A stretch of DNA of 64,000 nt from an uncultured Candidatus Saccharibacteria bacterium (GTDB taxonomy: Bacteria; Patescibacteriota; Minisyncoccia; Phycocordibacterales; JACOZG01): positions 106,509 to 170,508 of the forward strand of contig CAZYXJ010000001.1 in assembly GCA_964651115.1 (NCBI GenBank), given 5' to 3'. The notes below the pieces were generated by a model. It ran no database searches. It was given only the letters and a program-made list of their open reading frames with translations, and was not told the origin of the DNA. Positions 1 to 9,280 of the stretch are shown one piece after another (the stretch's first letter is position 1; every line of letters starts with the position of its first letter). A program made the position numbers and the translations under genes.

Positions 1-272
1 GTCGGATTCTTAATCAACCGTGGATTAATCGCTACAACAAAGCCCTGGCGCATGGTGGCGGCCGTCACGCGCGTGCCATCTTTAGTTAAAAAATAAATCG
101 AACCACGATCTGGAGCATTGGTAACGGGACGTTGGTACTGCCGATCAGCCCGATCAGCATAGTAACCACCCTTTACAATTTGGATAAAAAATAAACGGGC
201 AACCAAAACCAGGACTCCTAAGACCAATAGGCCCGCAATAATTCCGATTCGCCGTTCCAATCTAACCGCCAT
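1..272 (-). CDS. ftsI: Class B penicillin-binding protein (FtsI-like) N-terminus, truncated by window edge
   Basis: Reverse-strand ATG at 272 gives MAVRLERRIGIIAGLLVLGVLVLVARLFFIQ..., a basic N-terminus followed by a TM anchor as in class B PBPs. It lies directly downstream of ftsL in the dcw order mraZ-rsmH-ftsL-ftsI. Confidence 0.5.
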   Translation of the reverse strand, partial: MAVRLERRIGIIAGLLVLGVLVLVARLFFIQIVKGGYYADRADRQYQRPVTNAPDRGSIYFLTKDGTRVTAATMRQGFVVAINPRLIKNP

Positions 273-288
273 AAACTCTCAAAGTTAC

Positions 289-606
289 TTAGCGGCGAAA
301 GCTAACTTGCGCGGTTGGAACACTGTCGCGGTAAGCAAAATCGGTCGCTCCAGCCACTGGCACCAAACCTAATTCGGTAGCCCGATCAAGGGTTACCGTG
401 CTAGCCAAAGTTAAGTAAGCCGACTCTAAGGTCGTCACCTCCGTTTGGATCTCGGCCAGTGACTGCAGGGCGCGCTCACGGCCGACTACGTCCATAATGA
501 TGGCATTAACAAAGAAAATATAGACGCCCAAGACCACCACCGCTAAAGCGAAAAAATAATGTACATACAAACGGTAGGGATATTCAACGGTGCGAAGTGT
601 GGTCAT
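289..606 (-). CDS. ftsL: Cell division protein FtsL-like small bitopic membrane protein
   Basis: 105 aa with a single TM followed by a coiled-coil-like segment. It sits between rsmH and the PBP gene and overlaps the rsmH stop by 4 nt. Confidence 0.5.
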   Translation of the reverse strand: MTTLRTVEYPYRLYVHYFFALAVVVLGVYIFFVNAIIMDVVGRERALQSLAEIQTEVTTLESAYLTLASTVTLDRATELGLVPVAGATDFAYRDSVPTAQVSFRR

Positions 607-1502
607 AAAGATACTCGTTTAATGGTTCGTAATTGAGCACTGCGACTGCGGGGATTTTCGCGAGTCTGAGCATAAGTCGGCTTAGTCACTTTTTTGTGAA
701 CAAACTCTGCTCGACCCTCCCGCACCAGTCCTTGAAAAAAAGTTTTAACGATTCGGGCCTCAAGACTGTGAAAACTGATCACGGCTAGTCGGCCGCCCGG
801 GGCCAAGACCTGCCAAGCACTGACTAACCCCGCCTGCAAAGCCCCGAGCTCATCATTCGTCGCCATCCGGATGGCCTGAAAAGTTTTAGTGGCGGGATGG
901 AGGCGCCGATGGGTGTACCAGGCCGGAACGGCACTTAGGACAATCGTCACCAGATCATCCGTCGTCTCGATCGGACGCAAGCGTCGCGTGGCTACAATGG
1001 CCGCGGCAATCCGAGGAGCAAAACGTTCTTCCCCAAACTCCCGCAAAATACTGACCAAGCGCTCTTCGCTCCACTGGTTAACAATTCTCGCCGCCGTCAA
1101 CTCATCGGGACCGGGATTGCTCGCATAAGTCATCAACAGAGGTTCGTGACGACGGAAGCTAAAACCTCGACCCGAACGCTCCAGCTCATCCGAGCTCCAA
1201 CCCAGATCCATCAGGATGCCGTTAACGCTCGCGATCCCGACTTCCTGCAACCGCTCAGCCAGATGACGAAAATTACTTTCGATCAACCTAACGGGGCAGG
1301 GACACTGGGCCAAAGCCGTCTTAGCCTCGACTAACGCCCCGCCATCGGCATCAATTCCGACCAAAAATCCCCCACCGGATAGTTGCTGACAAATTGCTCC
1401 AGCATGACCACCGCGATTGATCGTCGCATCCACCATCACATCATCGGGCTGAGGATCTAAGTCGGTCAGCACTTCTTCGAGTAAAACGGGTAGATGCGCC
1501 AT
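603..1502 (-). CDS. rsmH: 16S rRNA (cytosine1402-N4)-methyltransferase RsmH (MraW)
   Basis: 299 aa. It sits immediately downstream of mraZ and the translation is typical of MraW SAM-dependent methyltransferases. Confidence 0.88.
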   Translation of the reverse strand: MAHLPVLLEEVLTDLDPQPDDVMVDATINRGGHAGAICQQLSGGGFLVGIDADGGALVEAKTALAQCPCPVRLIESNFRHLAERLQEVGIASVNGILMDLGWSSDELERSGRGFSFRRHEPLLMTYASNPGPDELTAARIVNQWSEERLVSILREFGEERFAPRIAAAIVATRRLRPIETTDDLVTIVLSAVPAWYTHRRLHPATKTFQAIRMATNDELGALQAGLVSAWQVLAPGGRLAVISFHSLEARIVKTFFQGLVREGRAEFVHKKVTKPTYAQTRENPRSRSAQLRTIKRVSL

Positions 1503-1506
1503 GGCC

Positions 1507-1941
1507 CTAGATCACTCCAATTTCGCCCAACTTTTGCGCCAGAGCGTCTGCCTGCTTTTCGACTCCGCTCTTGTATTCGCGCCAACGAGCTTGATCCCAA
1601 ATCTCCAAACGATTATGAACTCCAGCCATCACCACTTCTTCTTGCAGACCGGCATACTCTTTCAGAAAATCAGGAATCAGCACTCGACCCATCTTGTCGA
1701 CCTCCGCTACCACCGCCCCCGCGAGCATAAAACGATTAAAGCTCCGCGTGTCTGCTTGACCCATTGAGAGGTTGCCTAACTTTTCGGCAACGTGGGACCA
1801 CTGCTTTTCCGGATAGACGGCCAAACAATGATCCAGCCCGTGCGTTATTACCACACTACGACCAAGTTCCTTACGCAGCCGCGAGGGCAAGGCGATTCGT
1901 TTCTTCTGGTCAATCGTATGATGATACTCGCCGATGAGCAT
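1507..1941 (-). CDS. mraZ: Transcriptional regulator MraZ
   Basis: 144 aa with duplicated MraZ-type halves and DxxxR-like segments. It is the first gene of the dcw cluster. Confidence 0.88.
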   Translation of the reverse strand: MLIGEYHHTIDQKKRIALPSRLRKELGRSVVITHGLDHCLAVYPEKQWSHVAEKLGNLSMGQADTRSFNRFMLAGAVVAEVDKMGRVLIPDFLKEYAGLQEEVVMAGVHNRLEIWDQARWREYKSGVEKQADALAQKLGEIGVI

Positions 1942-1944
1942 ATA

Positions 1945-2010
1945 AAACCCACTTTATCCCACCACGTTACTATTATATGCCACTTCCACCCACTAACCAA
2001 CCCCACTTAT
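1945..2010 (-). promoter_or_regulatory. mraZ promoter region with repeated AGTGGG (MraZ-box-like) motifs and a TATAAT -10
   Basis: On the minus strand the sequence reads AAGTGGGG..AGTGGG..AAGTGG-catataat-..GTGGTGGG..AAAGTGGG just upstream of the mraZ ATG. MraZ is known to bind GTGGG direct repeats in its own promoter. Confidence 0.5.
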
Positions 2011-2012
2011 CC

Positions 2013-2040
2013 ACAAAAAAAACTCCGCTTTTGGGCGGAG
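2013..2040 (-). terminator. Rho-independent terminator after the HlyD-like gene
   Basis: Stem ctccgc/gcggag with a 6-nt loop, followed on the minus strand by a T8 run. Confidence 0.6.
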
Positions 2041-2068
2041 GTTTGATCGTTGCCTAAAAAATTTAAAT

Positions 2069-3517
2069 TTACTCGCGCGGTGGGTCGGTTAAGACGACTT
2101 CGCCCGCCTCGAGGCCAGACAAAATCTCAATCAAGCCATTAACCCCCAAAATACCCGTCGTTACCGAACGTTTTTCTGAGCCCGTCGCTGTAGCCACATA
2201 CACCGCCGGTCCCCGATCGTCATAAATAAGGGCTCGGACAGGAATCGCTAAAGCATTATTGCTGGAAGCTGAGTTAATGTTAACGTTGGCCGTCATCCCC
2301 GAGCGGATCCGTTCGTCGCGAGAATCAAATTGAACCGTAATTTTGTAAGTCGCTACGTCATTGACCACCGTTTCCGCCGGATCAATCTGCGTTACCGTCA
2401 CCGGCAAGCGTAGGGCTTCGCCATAGGCGTCAAGTGTGGCCGTGCCCTTATTACCGACCGCCAATTTGGCGATCTCCGCTTCGGGCACCTTTGATTCGAT
2501 TTCAAAATTATTAGCCGAAATGACTTTGGCCACCACGACACCAGCCGAGACCAGCTCACCCACCTCGGCATCCTGGAGAGCCACCACGCCATCAATTGGC
2601 GAACGGAGCGTGCGCTGAGCAATCTCTTGCTCGAGACGACGGACCTCCGCTTCGGCCTGCGCCACCTCCGCCTCAGCCACCGTTAAGCCCGTCAACTTAC
2701 CAGTCACTCGGGCCTCGGCCTCACTAATCACTCGATCACGAGTCCTCATCGCTTCGCGGTAAGCATTGTAGTTGGCGGCGTAGTCACTGCTTGACCGATT
2801 AGGAATATCCACATACCAAGTGGTGTCGTTATAATTTAAAACATCGTCCGGGAAAGAAATGAACAGGCCCTGGGTTCCGAACGGCGTGGGCTCATTATCT
2901 TCAATCAAAATTGGCCCAGAGCGCTCCGCGCCAAAGGTCAACAATTCAAAATCATCCACGCCGCCAGTTTTACGCAGAATACGAATTTTATATTGGCCCT
3001 CCGACCCCGTGTAGCGACCGGTAATTAGGGGCGACGTCAGATCATAATTAGCCGACGATGGCACGGCCACCAAATTACTAGACAAGAGCGTGCGGTAAGC
3101 ACTCATCACCAACTGATCTTGCTCTTTGGTAACTTCACTCACATTAACGGAGGTGTTGCCGGCCTCGGCCCGCTTTAGGGCCACCGCGGCCCGAGCCGCC
3201 GCCAGCTGAGCTTCGAGCGTGGCCGTGTCTAATCTAATCAGCGCCTCACCAGTTTTAACAGTCTGACCCACCACGACTGGCGTCGCCACCACCCGACCCG
3301 CCGTCTCAAAAGCCAACGAAGTGTCGGTGGCGGCGGCCACCGTACCAATCACGGTGACGATCTGCTCCACATCACTCGGCGCCACCGTCACTCGATCAGT
3401 CGGCGCGGCGGGCTCGCGGAGCCACCACCACAACAAAGCGACCACCACTAACGCGGCGATCAGCCACCACCACCAACGCTTGAGTTTAAAATACTTCATC
3501 ATCTCTATTGTAAACAC
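2069..3517 (-). CDS. HlyD-family membrane fusion / efflux adaptor protein
   Basis: 482 aa with an N-terminal Trp-rich TM (WWWWLIAALVVVALLWWWL), long Ala/Glu-rich coiled-coil segments and a beta-barrel-like C-terminus, consistent with periplasmic adaptor proteins. Confidence 0.55.
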   Translation of the reverse strand: MFTIEMMKYFKLKRWWWWLIAALVVVALLWWWLREPAAPTDRVTVAPSDVEQIVTVIGTVAAATDTSLAFETAGRVVATPVVVGQTVKTGEALIRLDTATLEAQLAAARAAVALKRAEAGNTSVNVSEVTKEQDQLVMSAYRTLLSSNLVAVPSSANYDLTSPLITGRYTGSEGQYKIRILRKTGGVDDFELLTFGAERSGPILIEDNEPTPFGTQGLFISFPDDVLNYNDTTWYVDIPNRSSSDYAANYNAYREAMRTRDRVISEAEARVTGKLTGLTVAEAEVAQAEAEVRRLEQEIAQRTLRSPIDGVVALQDAEVGELVSAGVVVAKVISANNFEIESKVPEAEIAKLAVGNKGTATLDAYGEALRLPVTVTQIDPAETVVNDVATYKITVQFDSRDERIRSGMTANVNINSASSNNALAIPVRALIYDDRGPAVYVATATGSEKRSVTTGILGVNGLIEILSGLEAGEVVLTDPPRE

Positions 3518-3532
3518 AAATCACCTCCTTCG

Positions 3533-4996
3533 CTAGCGCGGGCGCATCGTCGGGAAGAAAATAACCTCCCGGATCGCCTGAGTGTCGGTGGCCAGCATCA
3601 CCAACCGATCAATCCCCAAGCCCCAACCAGTCGTTGGCGGCAAACCATACTCCAGCGCTTCCACATAAGAATCATCCTTAGCTTGCGCCTCCTCATCGCC
3701 GCTAGCGCGTCTGGCTTCTTGCTCGGTAAAGCGTTCGGCCTGATCCAAGGGATCATTAAGTTCGGCAAAGCCGTTAACCAACTCCAAACCACCAGCGACT
3801 AACTGAAAACGACTAATTAAACTGGGTTGATCGGCTTGGCGCTTGGCCAGCGGCGAAAACTCGACCGGATAATCAGTAATAAAAATGGGTTGAATTAATT
3901 TTGGCCGACACATCTTTTTGTAAATGCTGTCCAAAATCTTGGTCCGATGTTCGCCGGGGGCCACCGTAATACCAAATTGGGCGGCCTTTAACGCCAACTC
4001 TTTTTCGGGCAAGTTTAAATCATTGATCAGCGTGTATTTTTGCAGTAGGTCAGCAAAGGTGATCACCGGGATCTGACCAGCAAAAGAGAGCACCGCGCCA
4101 TTATAGGCTACCTCCGTGGTACCCAAGGCCTTTTTAAATACGGAGCGCACCATCTCGGCCACCAACTTCTGGGCCGCCCCGGGAGTGCCATAGGCCTCAT
4201 AGACCTCCAGCGAGGTAAACTCTGGATTGTGAGTCGCGTCGAGTCCTTCGTTACGAAAACTTCGCCCCAATTCAAAGACTTTAGAAAACCCACCAATCAC
4301 CATTTGTTTAAGATGAAGTTCAGGGGCGACTCGCAAATACAAATCGAGATCCAGCGCCTCGTGATGAGTAACAAAAGGGGTGGCCGTCGCCCCGCCAGCC
4401 ACCGTCTGGAGCATCGGCGTCTCCACCTCCATAAAATCATGTCGCTGTAAGAATTGGCGCACCTCGGCAATCAAGCGAGAACGCAAAACAAATCGCTGTC
4501 GCACTTCGGGCGACATCAGACTATCAAGATAACGTCGGCGAAAACGCTCCTCGACTTCCGAAAGTCCGTGCCACTGACTCGGCAGGGGCCGGAGTGCTTT
4601 CGCCAACATCAACCACTCAGCCACCGCCACGCTCTGTTCGCCTCGCTTGGTAACCACCAACGAACCCGTCACGCCAATAAAGTCGCCCAAGTCAACTGTC
4701 TCCACAAAACGTTCAAACAACTCAGCCGACAACTCATCTTTTTTAAACACGGCCTGAAAAGTTCCCGTTCCGTCATCAAGATTGCAAAACAAAATTCCCC
4801 CCTGACCACGGATCGCTCGGACCCGACCAACGATTGAGACTTTTTTGCCTGACGTTACCAACTCATCAAACTTGGCCACCACCTCGGCCACGCTGTGGTC
4901 ATGAGGAAAATCAATCGGATAAGGATCAACGCCCGCCGATCTGAGCGCCTCCAATTTTTTGATGCGCTCACTGCGTAATTCTTCTAATGAAGCCAT
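3533..4996 (-). CDS. lysS: Lysine--tRNA ligase (class II)
   Basis: 487 aa. It has an N-terminal OB anticodon-binding region and the class II catalytic core; the translation is strongly LysRS-like. Confidence 0.9.
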   Translation of the reverse strand: MASLEELRSERIKKLEALRSAGVDPYPIDFPHDHSVAEVVAKFDELVTSGKKVSIVGRVRAIRGQGGILFCNLDDGTGTFQAVFKKDELSAELFERFVETVDLGDFIGVTGSLVVTKRGEQSVAVAEWLMLAKALRPLPSQWHGLSEVEERFRRRYLDSLMSPEVRQRFVLRSRLIAEVRQFLQRHDFMEVETPMLQTVAGGATATPFVTHHEALDLDLYLRVAPELHLKQMVIGGFSKVFELGRSFRNEGLDATHNPEFTSLEVYEAYGTPGAAQKLVAEMVRSVFKKALGTTEVAYNGAVLSFAGQIPVITFADLLQKYTLINDLNLPEKELALKAAQFGITVAPGEHRTKILDSIYKKMCRPKLIQPIFITDYPVEFSPLAKRQADQPSLISRFQLVAGGLELVNGFAELNDPLDQAERFTEQEARRASGDEEAQAKDDSYVEALEYGLPPTTGWGLGIDRLVMLATDTQAIREVIFFPTMRPR

Positions 4997-4999
4997 GAG

Positions 5000-5458
5000 T
5001 TATTCTAGACTAAGAATTTTGTACTCCACACTGCCCCGAGGCGTCTCGACGGTGACGCTATCACCCTTCTTCCGTCCCAGGAGAGCGGCGCCAATCGGCG
5101 ATTGATAGGAAACTTTGCCCGACGCAATATCGGCCTCCTCACTACCCACAATCGTCAACAACTGGTCTGAACCACCGGCTCGCTTAACCTTAAGCGTCGT
5201 GCCAACCTCCACCACCGTACTGTGATGCGCCTCCACAATCTCGCTCGACTTGAGCAAATCCTCTAATTGACGGATTCGGTCTTCAATCTCCGCCTGCTCT
5301 TCGCGCGCGGCATGATACTCAGCGTTTTCCGAAAGATCGCCTAACGACTTCGCAAAATCTAGCCGCTCCGCTACCTCCTTTCGACGAATCATTTTTAATT
5401 CGTGTAATTCGGCAACCAACTGTTCATGCTTCTCGCGGCTTAAATAGTGTTTATCCAT
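5000..5458 (-). CDS. greA: Transcription elongation factor GreA
   Basis: 152 aa with an N-terminal coiled-coil and a C-terminal FKBP-like domain. The GDLSENAEYHAAREEQ motif matches the GreA acidic tip. Confidence 0.9.
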   Translation of the reverse strand: MDKHYLSREKHEQLVAELHELKMIRRKEVAERLDFAKSLGDLSENAEYHAAREEQAEIEDRIRQLEDLLKSSEIVEAHHSTVVEVGTTLKVKRAGGSDQLLTIVGSEEADIASGKVSYQSPIGAALLGRKKGDSVTVETPRGSVEYKILSLE

Positions 5459-5493
5459 GATGGCGCTTATTCTACTTTATTTCGTGGTCGCGG

Positions 5494-7176
5494 TCAACGA
5501 GTCTCGGCGAGCAAATATTCTGGCCGATTAGCGACGAGCCAATTGATGACCTGTCGCATCGCAAGAGTGGCCCCGACTAAATTATTTCGACTCCCTTGCT
5601 CCAAAACAACCACGTAAGCAAAACGAGGATTTTCGTAAGGCCAAAAACCCATCGTCCAGGAGTTAACGTCAGCTTTCGATACGCCAAGCTCCGCCGTTCC
5701 CGTCTTGCCCGCGATCGCTACCTCGTTAACCATTAATCCCTTGGCTGTCCCTTCCAGCACGGCCTGACGCATCCCCTCGCGGACAATTTGCAAATTCTCC
5801 GGCGAAACAGCCTTAAGCGGCGTGCTCACTGGCTGATCGGTGAGCGAAATAGTTGGTCGAACGAGAGACCCCGTCGCCAGCGCTCCCACCACGCGCACCA
5901 TCTGCAGAGGCGTGACCTGAAAGCCGTACTGCCCGATCACGGTATGATAAGTGTCGCCTAAACGCCAAGGCTCGCCGTCAAAAACTTTTTCTTTCCATTC
6001 GGGGGTCGGAATATTTCCGGTCTCTTCGCTACCAAATCTAAAGCCGGTGGCCTCACCCAGACCAAAAGCTTGGGCATAACGATCAATTGCCCGGATGCCG
6101 ATCCCCCGCTGATCCTCATAGCCGCCACCCACGGCGTAAAAATAGACGTTAGAAGACACCGCCAAGGCCCGACGAAGATCGACCCAACCGTGCGCCTTCC
6201 AATCGCGAAAAATCGACTTCTCTTTGGGATTGTAAGGATTAGCAATCGCGATTTCGCCGCTAGAATAAATCTGCTTAGTGGGTGAAATCACTCCTTCTTG
6301 CAAGGCGGCGGCGGCCATGATCGTTTTTACAATCGAGCCGGGCGTGTAGAGTCCACGCAAAACGCGATTAAGAAACGGGAGACGCTCATCGGCGAGATAG
6401 CCATTGATCGCGGCTCGATCCTGACCACCCGACAACACGCCAGACCCGTACTCTGGTGCGCTGACCATCGCCAACAATTGCCCCGTCTTAACATCCATAA
6501 TCAAACCGGCTCCACCGCGAAAGCCATACTCCGACATCATCGACTCAATCGCTCGACCTAGTTCTCCCTGGACTCCCAAATCAATCGAGAGCCGGACGGG
6601 TGCTCCGCTTTTGGGCACCTCCAACACATGCTCCGAGACCACCTGGCCACCCACATCCACCTCTTCAATTTTTAAACCCCGTCCACCCTCCAACTCCTCG
6701 TTAAACCAGCGCTCAGCTCCCTCACGCCCTACCATCTGCTTGGGGTGAAAGTTGCCGGTGGCCATCTCCTCTTCGTTAGGATAACCAATGTAGCCAACCA
6801 GGTGCGCTAACCCAGGCGCCTCATTATACGCTCGACCAAGTTCGGCATCGTTCCAAGCCAACTCCTCACCATTACGATCCTCGATAATTCCCCGTTCGGC
6901 AAAAATTGGGATGTGCCGCAAAGTATTGTTGTGACTACGCTCGGCCAAAGCATTACCTTGCACCACCTGCAATTGAAAAACTTTGCCTAAAAAAATAACC
7001 AGCACCAGAGCAAACAAGCCGGCCAAAAAATAAAACGAGAGTTTACTAATCGGTTTTTCTAGTCGTCCCTCGAATTGTTGAGTGTTGAACGAAGGCAGAT
7101 TGCGCGCGTCGAGCAAAACCTCATCCGGATCTAGATCGCGATAGGCCTGCTTAAATCGACGACGAAAAGGGGTCAT
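5494..7176 (-). CDS. mrdA: Penicillin-binding protein 2 (elongasome transpeptidase)
   Basis: 560 aa with an N-terminal TM. Transpeptidase motifs are present: SxxK (GSIVK), SSN (AVSSNVYF) and KTGTA (AGKTGTAE). It directly follows mreD. Confidence 0.8.
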   Translation of the reverse strand: MTPFRRRFKQAYRDLDPDEVLLDARNLPSFNTQQFEGRLEKPISKLSFYFLAGLFALVLVIFLGKVFQLQVVQGNALAERSHNNTLRHIPIFAERGIIEDRNGEELAWNDAELGRAYNEAPGLAHLVGYIGYPNEEEMATGNFHPKQMVGREGAERWFNEELEGGRGLKIEEVDVGGQVVSEHVLEVPKSGAPVRLSIDLGVQGELGRAIESMMSEYGFRGGAGLIMDVKTGQLLAMVSAPEYGSGVLSGGQDRAAINGYLADERLPFLNRVLRGLYTPGSIVKTIMAAAALQEGVISPTKQIYSSGEIAIANPYNPKEKSIFRDWKAHGWVDLRRALAVSSNVYFYAVGGGYEDQRGIGIRAIDRYAQAFGLGEATGFRFGSEETGNIPTPEWKEKVFDGEPWRLGDTYHTVIGQYGFQVTPLQMVRVVGALATGSLVRPTISLTDQPVSTPLKAVSPENLQIVREGMRQAVLEGTAKGLMVNEVAIAGKTGTAELGVSKADVNSWTMGFWPYENPRFAYVVVLEQGSRNNLVGATLAMRQVINWLVANRPEYLLAETR

Positions 7177-7448
7177 GACGACACCATTATACGACTTTTG
7201 ATCTCGGGGGCGAGCACCACCAACATCAGACTAATCACGGTAAGGGGTAAACGGACGAAAAAGGGCCACAGCAAGAAAAAGCCATACCACCAATCGAACA
7301 ACAGAGCCACCAGCACCAACTCGTAATAATATTTAAACTGCCACAAAGCGACGAGGGCCAAGGCTAAACTGCCCCACCACGGCAGACTAAAAATTGACCA
7401 CAGGAGCGCCAGAGTAAAAATCACTCTAGAAATCATGGATCTCGACAA
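7173..7448 (-). CDS. mreD: Rod shape-determining protein MreD-like
   Basis: 91 aa polytopic hydrophobic protein between mreC and the PBP2 gene. Confidence 0.5.
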   Translation of the reverse strand: MSRSMISRVIFTLALLWSIFSLPWWGSLALALVALWQFKYYYELVLVALLFDWWYGFFLLWPFFVRLPLTVISLMLVVLAPEIKSRIMVSS

Positions 7449-8247
7449 AGCGCAAGGCGCCGATATTTAGGGGAAAACGGAAAAAGATTTTCTGCGAGGA
7501 ATCGCTCGGGTCGCTCTCAATCTCACCGATCCGACCCAAGTAGCGCTCCACCGGCGAGCTCGAGGCCGTCACCACGTCGCCCACCATCACCGGGACGCCC
7601 CGCGGCAACGTCACCTCAAAGTTGCCGTTGCCGCGGCCGCGGGCTTTGACCGCGGCGGTGCTGGTGCCCACCAGCACGGGCGTCTCTGACCCGGGAGCAG
7701 AAAGCAGTCGAATGCGTACCAAATGATCGTTAACCTCACCCACTAAACCAAGCAACAAGGAACCACCGAAGGTCACTGGCGCTCCCACCCGAACTAACTG
7801 ACCAGTCGGAATCTCGGCAATTAACGTATCGTAGGGACTGGCCCAACCCAGGGACAAAACTCGACCAATCGTCACCGCCTCAGTCGAAGTAGCCTTAAAC
7901 CCCAATTGGCCCAACAGCGCCGCCCGCTCAGCGCGCACCTGATCATAATCGAGTAAGCGCACCTCCAGCTCGGCCACCTTGGTTTGCAACGCCTGATTTT
8001 GCGCCAACAAGCGATCTTTCCCACCCAACAAAGCCGACAGAAAATCTAGTCCACCCAAGGTGGCCTGACCAGCCGTTTTCGCCAGTGGCTCCACCACCGT
8101 CGCGGCCGGAGACAAGCGATCAGCCAGCCAACTACCGCCCCAAACCAAAAAGGCGGCGGCCGCGATCAGTACCAAGAAACGCCGCCAACGCTTAGGCCGC
8201 GGCCGAGCAAAACGATCAGGACCGGTCGGGTATTGAGTCATCGTCAT
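7426..8247 (-). CDS. mreC: Rod shape-determining protein MreC
   Basis: 273 aa with an N-terminal TM, a coiled-coil and beta-rich C-terminal domains. It is downstream of mreB. Confidence 0.75.
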   Translation of the reverse strand: MTMTQYPTGPDRFARPRPKRWRRFLVLIAAAAFLVWGGSWLADRLSPAATVVEPLAKTAGQATLGGLDFLSALLGGKDRLLAQNQALQTKVAELEVRLLDYDQVRAERAALLGQLGFKATSTEAVTIGRVLSLGWASPYDTLIAEIPTGQLVRVGAPVTFGGSLLLGLVGEVNDHLVRIRLLSAPGSETPVLVGTSTAAVKARGRGNGNFEVTLPRGVPVMVGDVVTASSSPVERYLGRIGEIESDPSDSSQKIFFRFPLNIGALRFVEIHDF

Positions 8248-9280
8248 TAATTAGAATATCACGATAACGCTCCAGATCATCGAGCACCACCCCCGTCCCT
8301 CGGACCACCGCCGTGAGGGGATCCTCGGTGACGGTAATCGGCAACTTGAGAGCGTGAGCCAAGAGCTCGGGCATCCCCTTAATCAAGGCGCCACCGCCAA
8401 CCAAAATGATTCCCTTGTGCATGACGTCAGAAATTACCTCCGGCGGCGTAGACTCAAGAACTTCCTTAATCGAATCCACCAAAATTTCGATCGACGGGCC
8501 AATCGCCTCTTTAATATCCGCGTCCGTGATCACCACTTCCTTAGGCAAACCCGTCACCAAATCTCTTCCGCGGACAGTCGCGTCAAGCGGCTCCTTAGAC
8601 TTCCAAACCGAACCGATGGCAATTTTTACGTCCTCGGCCGTTTTTTCGCCGAGTAAAATTTTAAACTCATCACGAATATAAGTCATGATGTCGGAATTTA
8701 AGCGGTCGCCGGCAATCTTTAAATTTTTTGCTCGCACAATGCCACCCAAAGAAATCACCGCGATATCCGTCGTCCCACCGCCAATATCAATAATCATACT
8801 GCCAACGGGTTCGTGAACCGGCAACCTAATGCCCACGGCGGCGGCCATCGGCTCCTCGATAATGGCGACTTCACCAGCGCCGGCATTACGCGCGGCATCT
8901 CGCACCGCCCGCACCTCGACGTTAGTCACCGAGACCGGAACGCCAATCACCACGCGCGGTCGCAAAAACTTTTTCGGACTAAACTCTTGCGCTCGCCGAA
9001 TAAAATACGCCAGCATCTCCTCGGCGACCTCAAAATTAGAAATCACCCCATCAACCAACGGTCGGATCACCGAGACGTGCGCCGGCGTCCGACCGACCAT
9101 TTGTTTAGCGTCGGTACCAATGGCCACTACCCGACCCGTCTTCTCGTTAATCGCCACGATTGTCGGCTCGTTAATAACGATGCCGTGACCTTTGATATAA
9201 ACGAGCGTGTTGGCCGTACCCAAATCAATGCCGATATCGGTAGACCATGAACGCTTTAGCTTGTCCCAAAATTTAGCCAT
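8216..9280 (-). CDS. mreB: Rod shape-determining protein MreB
   Basis: 354 aa actin-fold ATPase with GIDLGTANTLVY phosphate-1 and DIGGGTTD motifs. Confidence 0.9.
   Translation of the reverse strand: MAKFWDKLKRSWSTDIGIDLGTANTLVYIKGHGIVINEPTIVAINEKTGRVVAIGTDAKQMVGRTPAHVSVIRPLVDGVISNFEVAEEMLAYFIRRAQEFSPKKFLRPRVVIGVPVSVTNVEVRAVRDAARNAGAGEVAIIEEPMAAAVGIRLPVHEPVGSMIIDIGGGTTDIAVISLGGIVRAKNLKIAGDRLNSDIMTYIRDEFKILLGEKTAEDVKIAIGSVWKSKEPLDATVRGRDLVTGLPKEVVITDADIKEAIGPSIEILVDSIKEVLESTPPEVISDVMHKGIILVGGGALIKGMPELLAHALKLPITVTEDPLTAVVRGTGVVLDDLERYRDILINDDDSIPDRS

Noticed and set aside
889-1128. Plus-strand 79-aa ORF inside rsmH (and similar antisense ORFs at 1146-1334, 8354-9250, 9293-9541, 12316-12792, 25161-26180, 26312-26874, 58967-59422)
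   Set aside because: They lie antisense within well-supported conserved genes. Their composition is Arg/Pro/Ala-rich, typical of high-GC stop-poor frames, and they have no RBS or motif support.
2069-3517. Trp-rich segment WWWWLIAALVVVALLWWWL in the HlyD-like protein as a special motif
   Set aside because: It is most simply an interfacial-Trp-flanked TM helix encoded by tgg-rich GC-biased sequence. No evidence of function beyond membrane anchoring.
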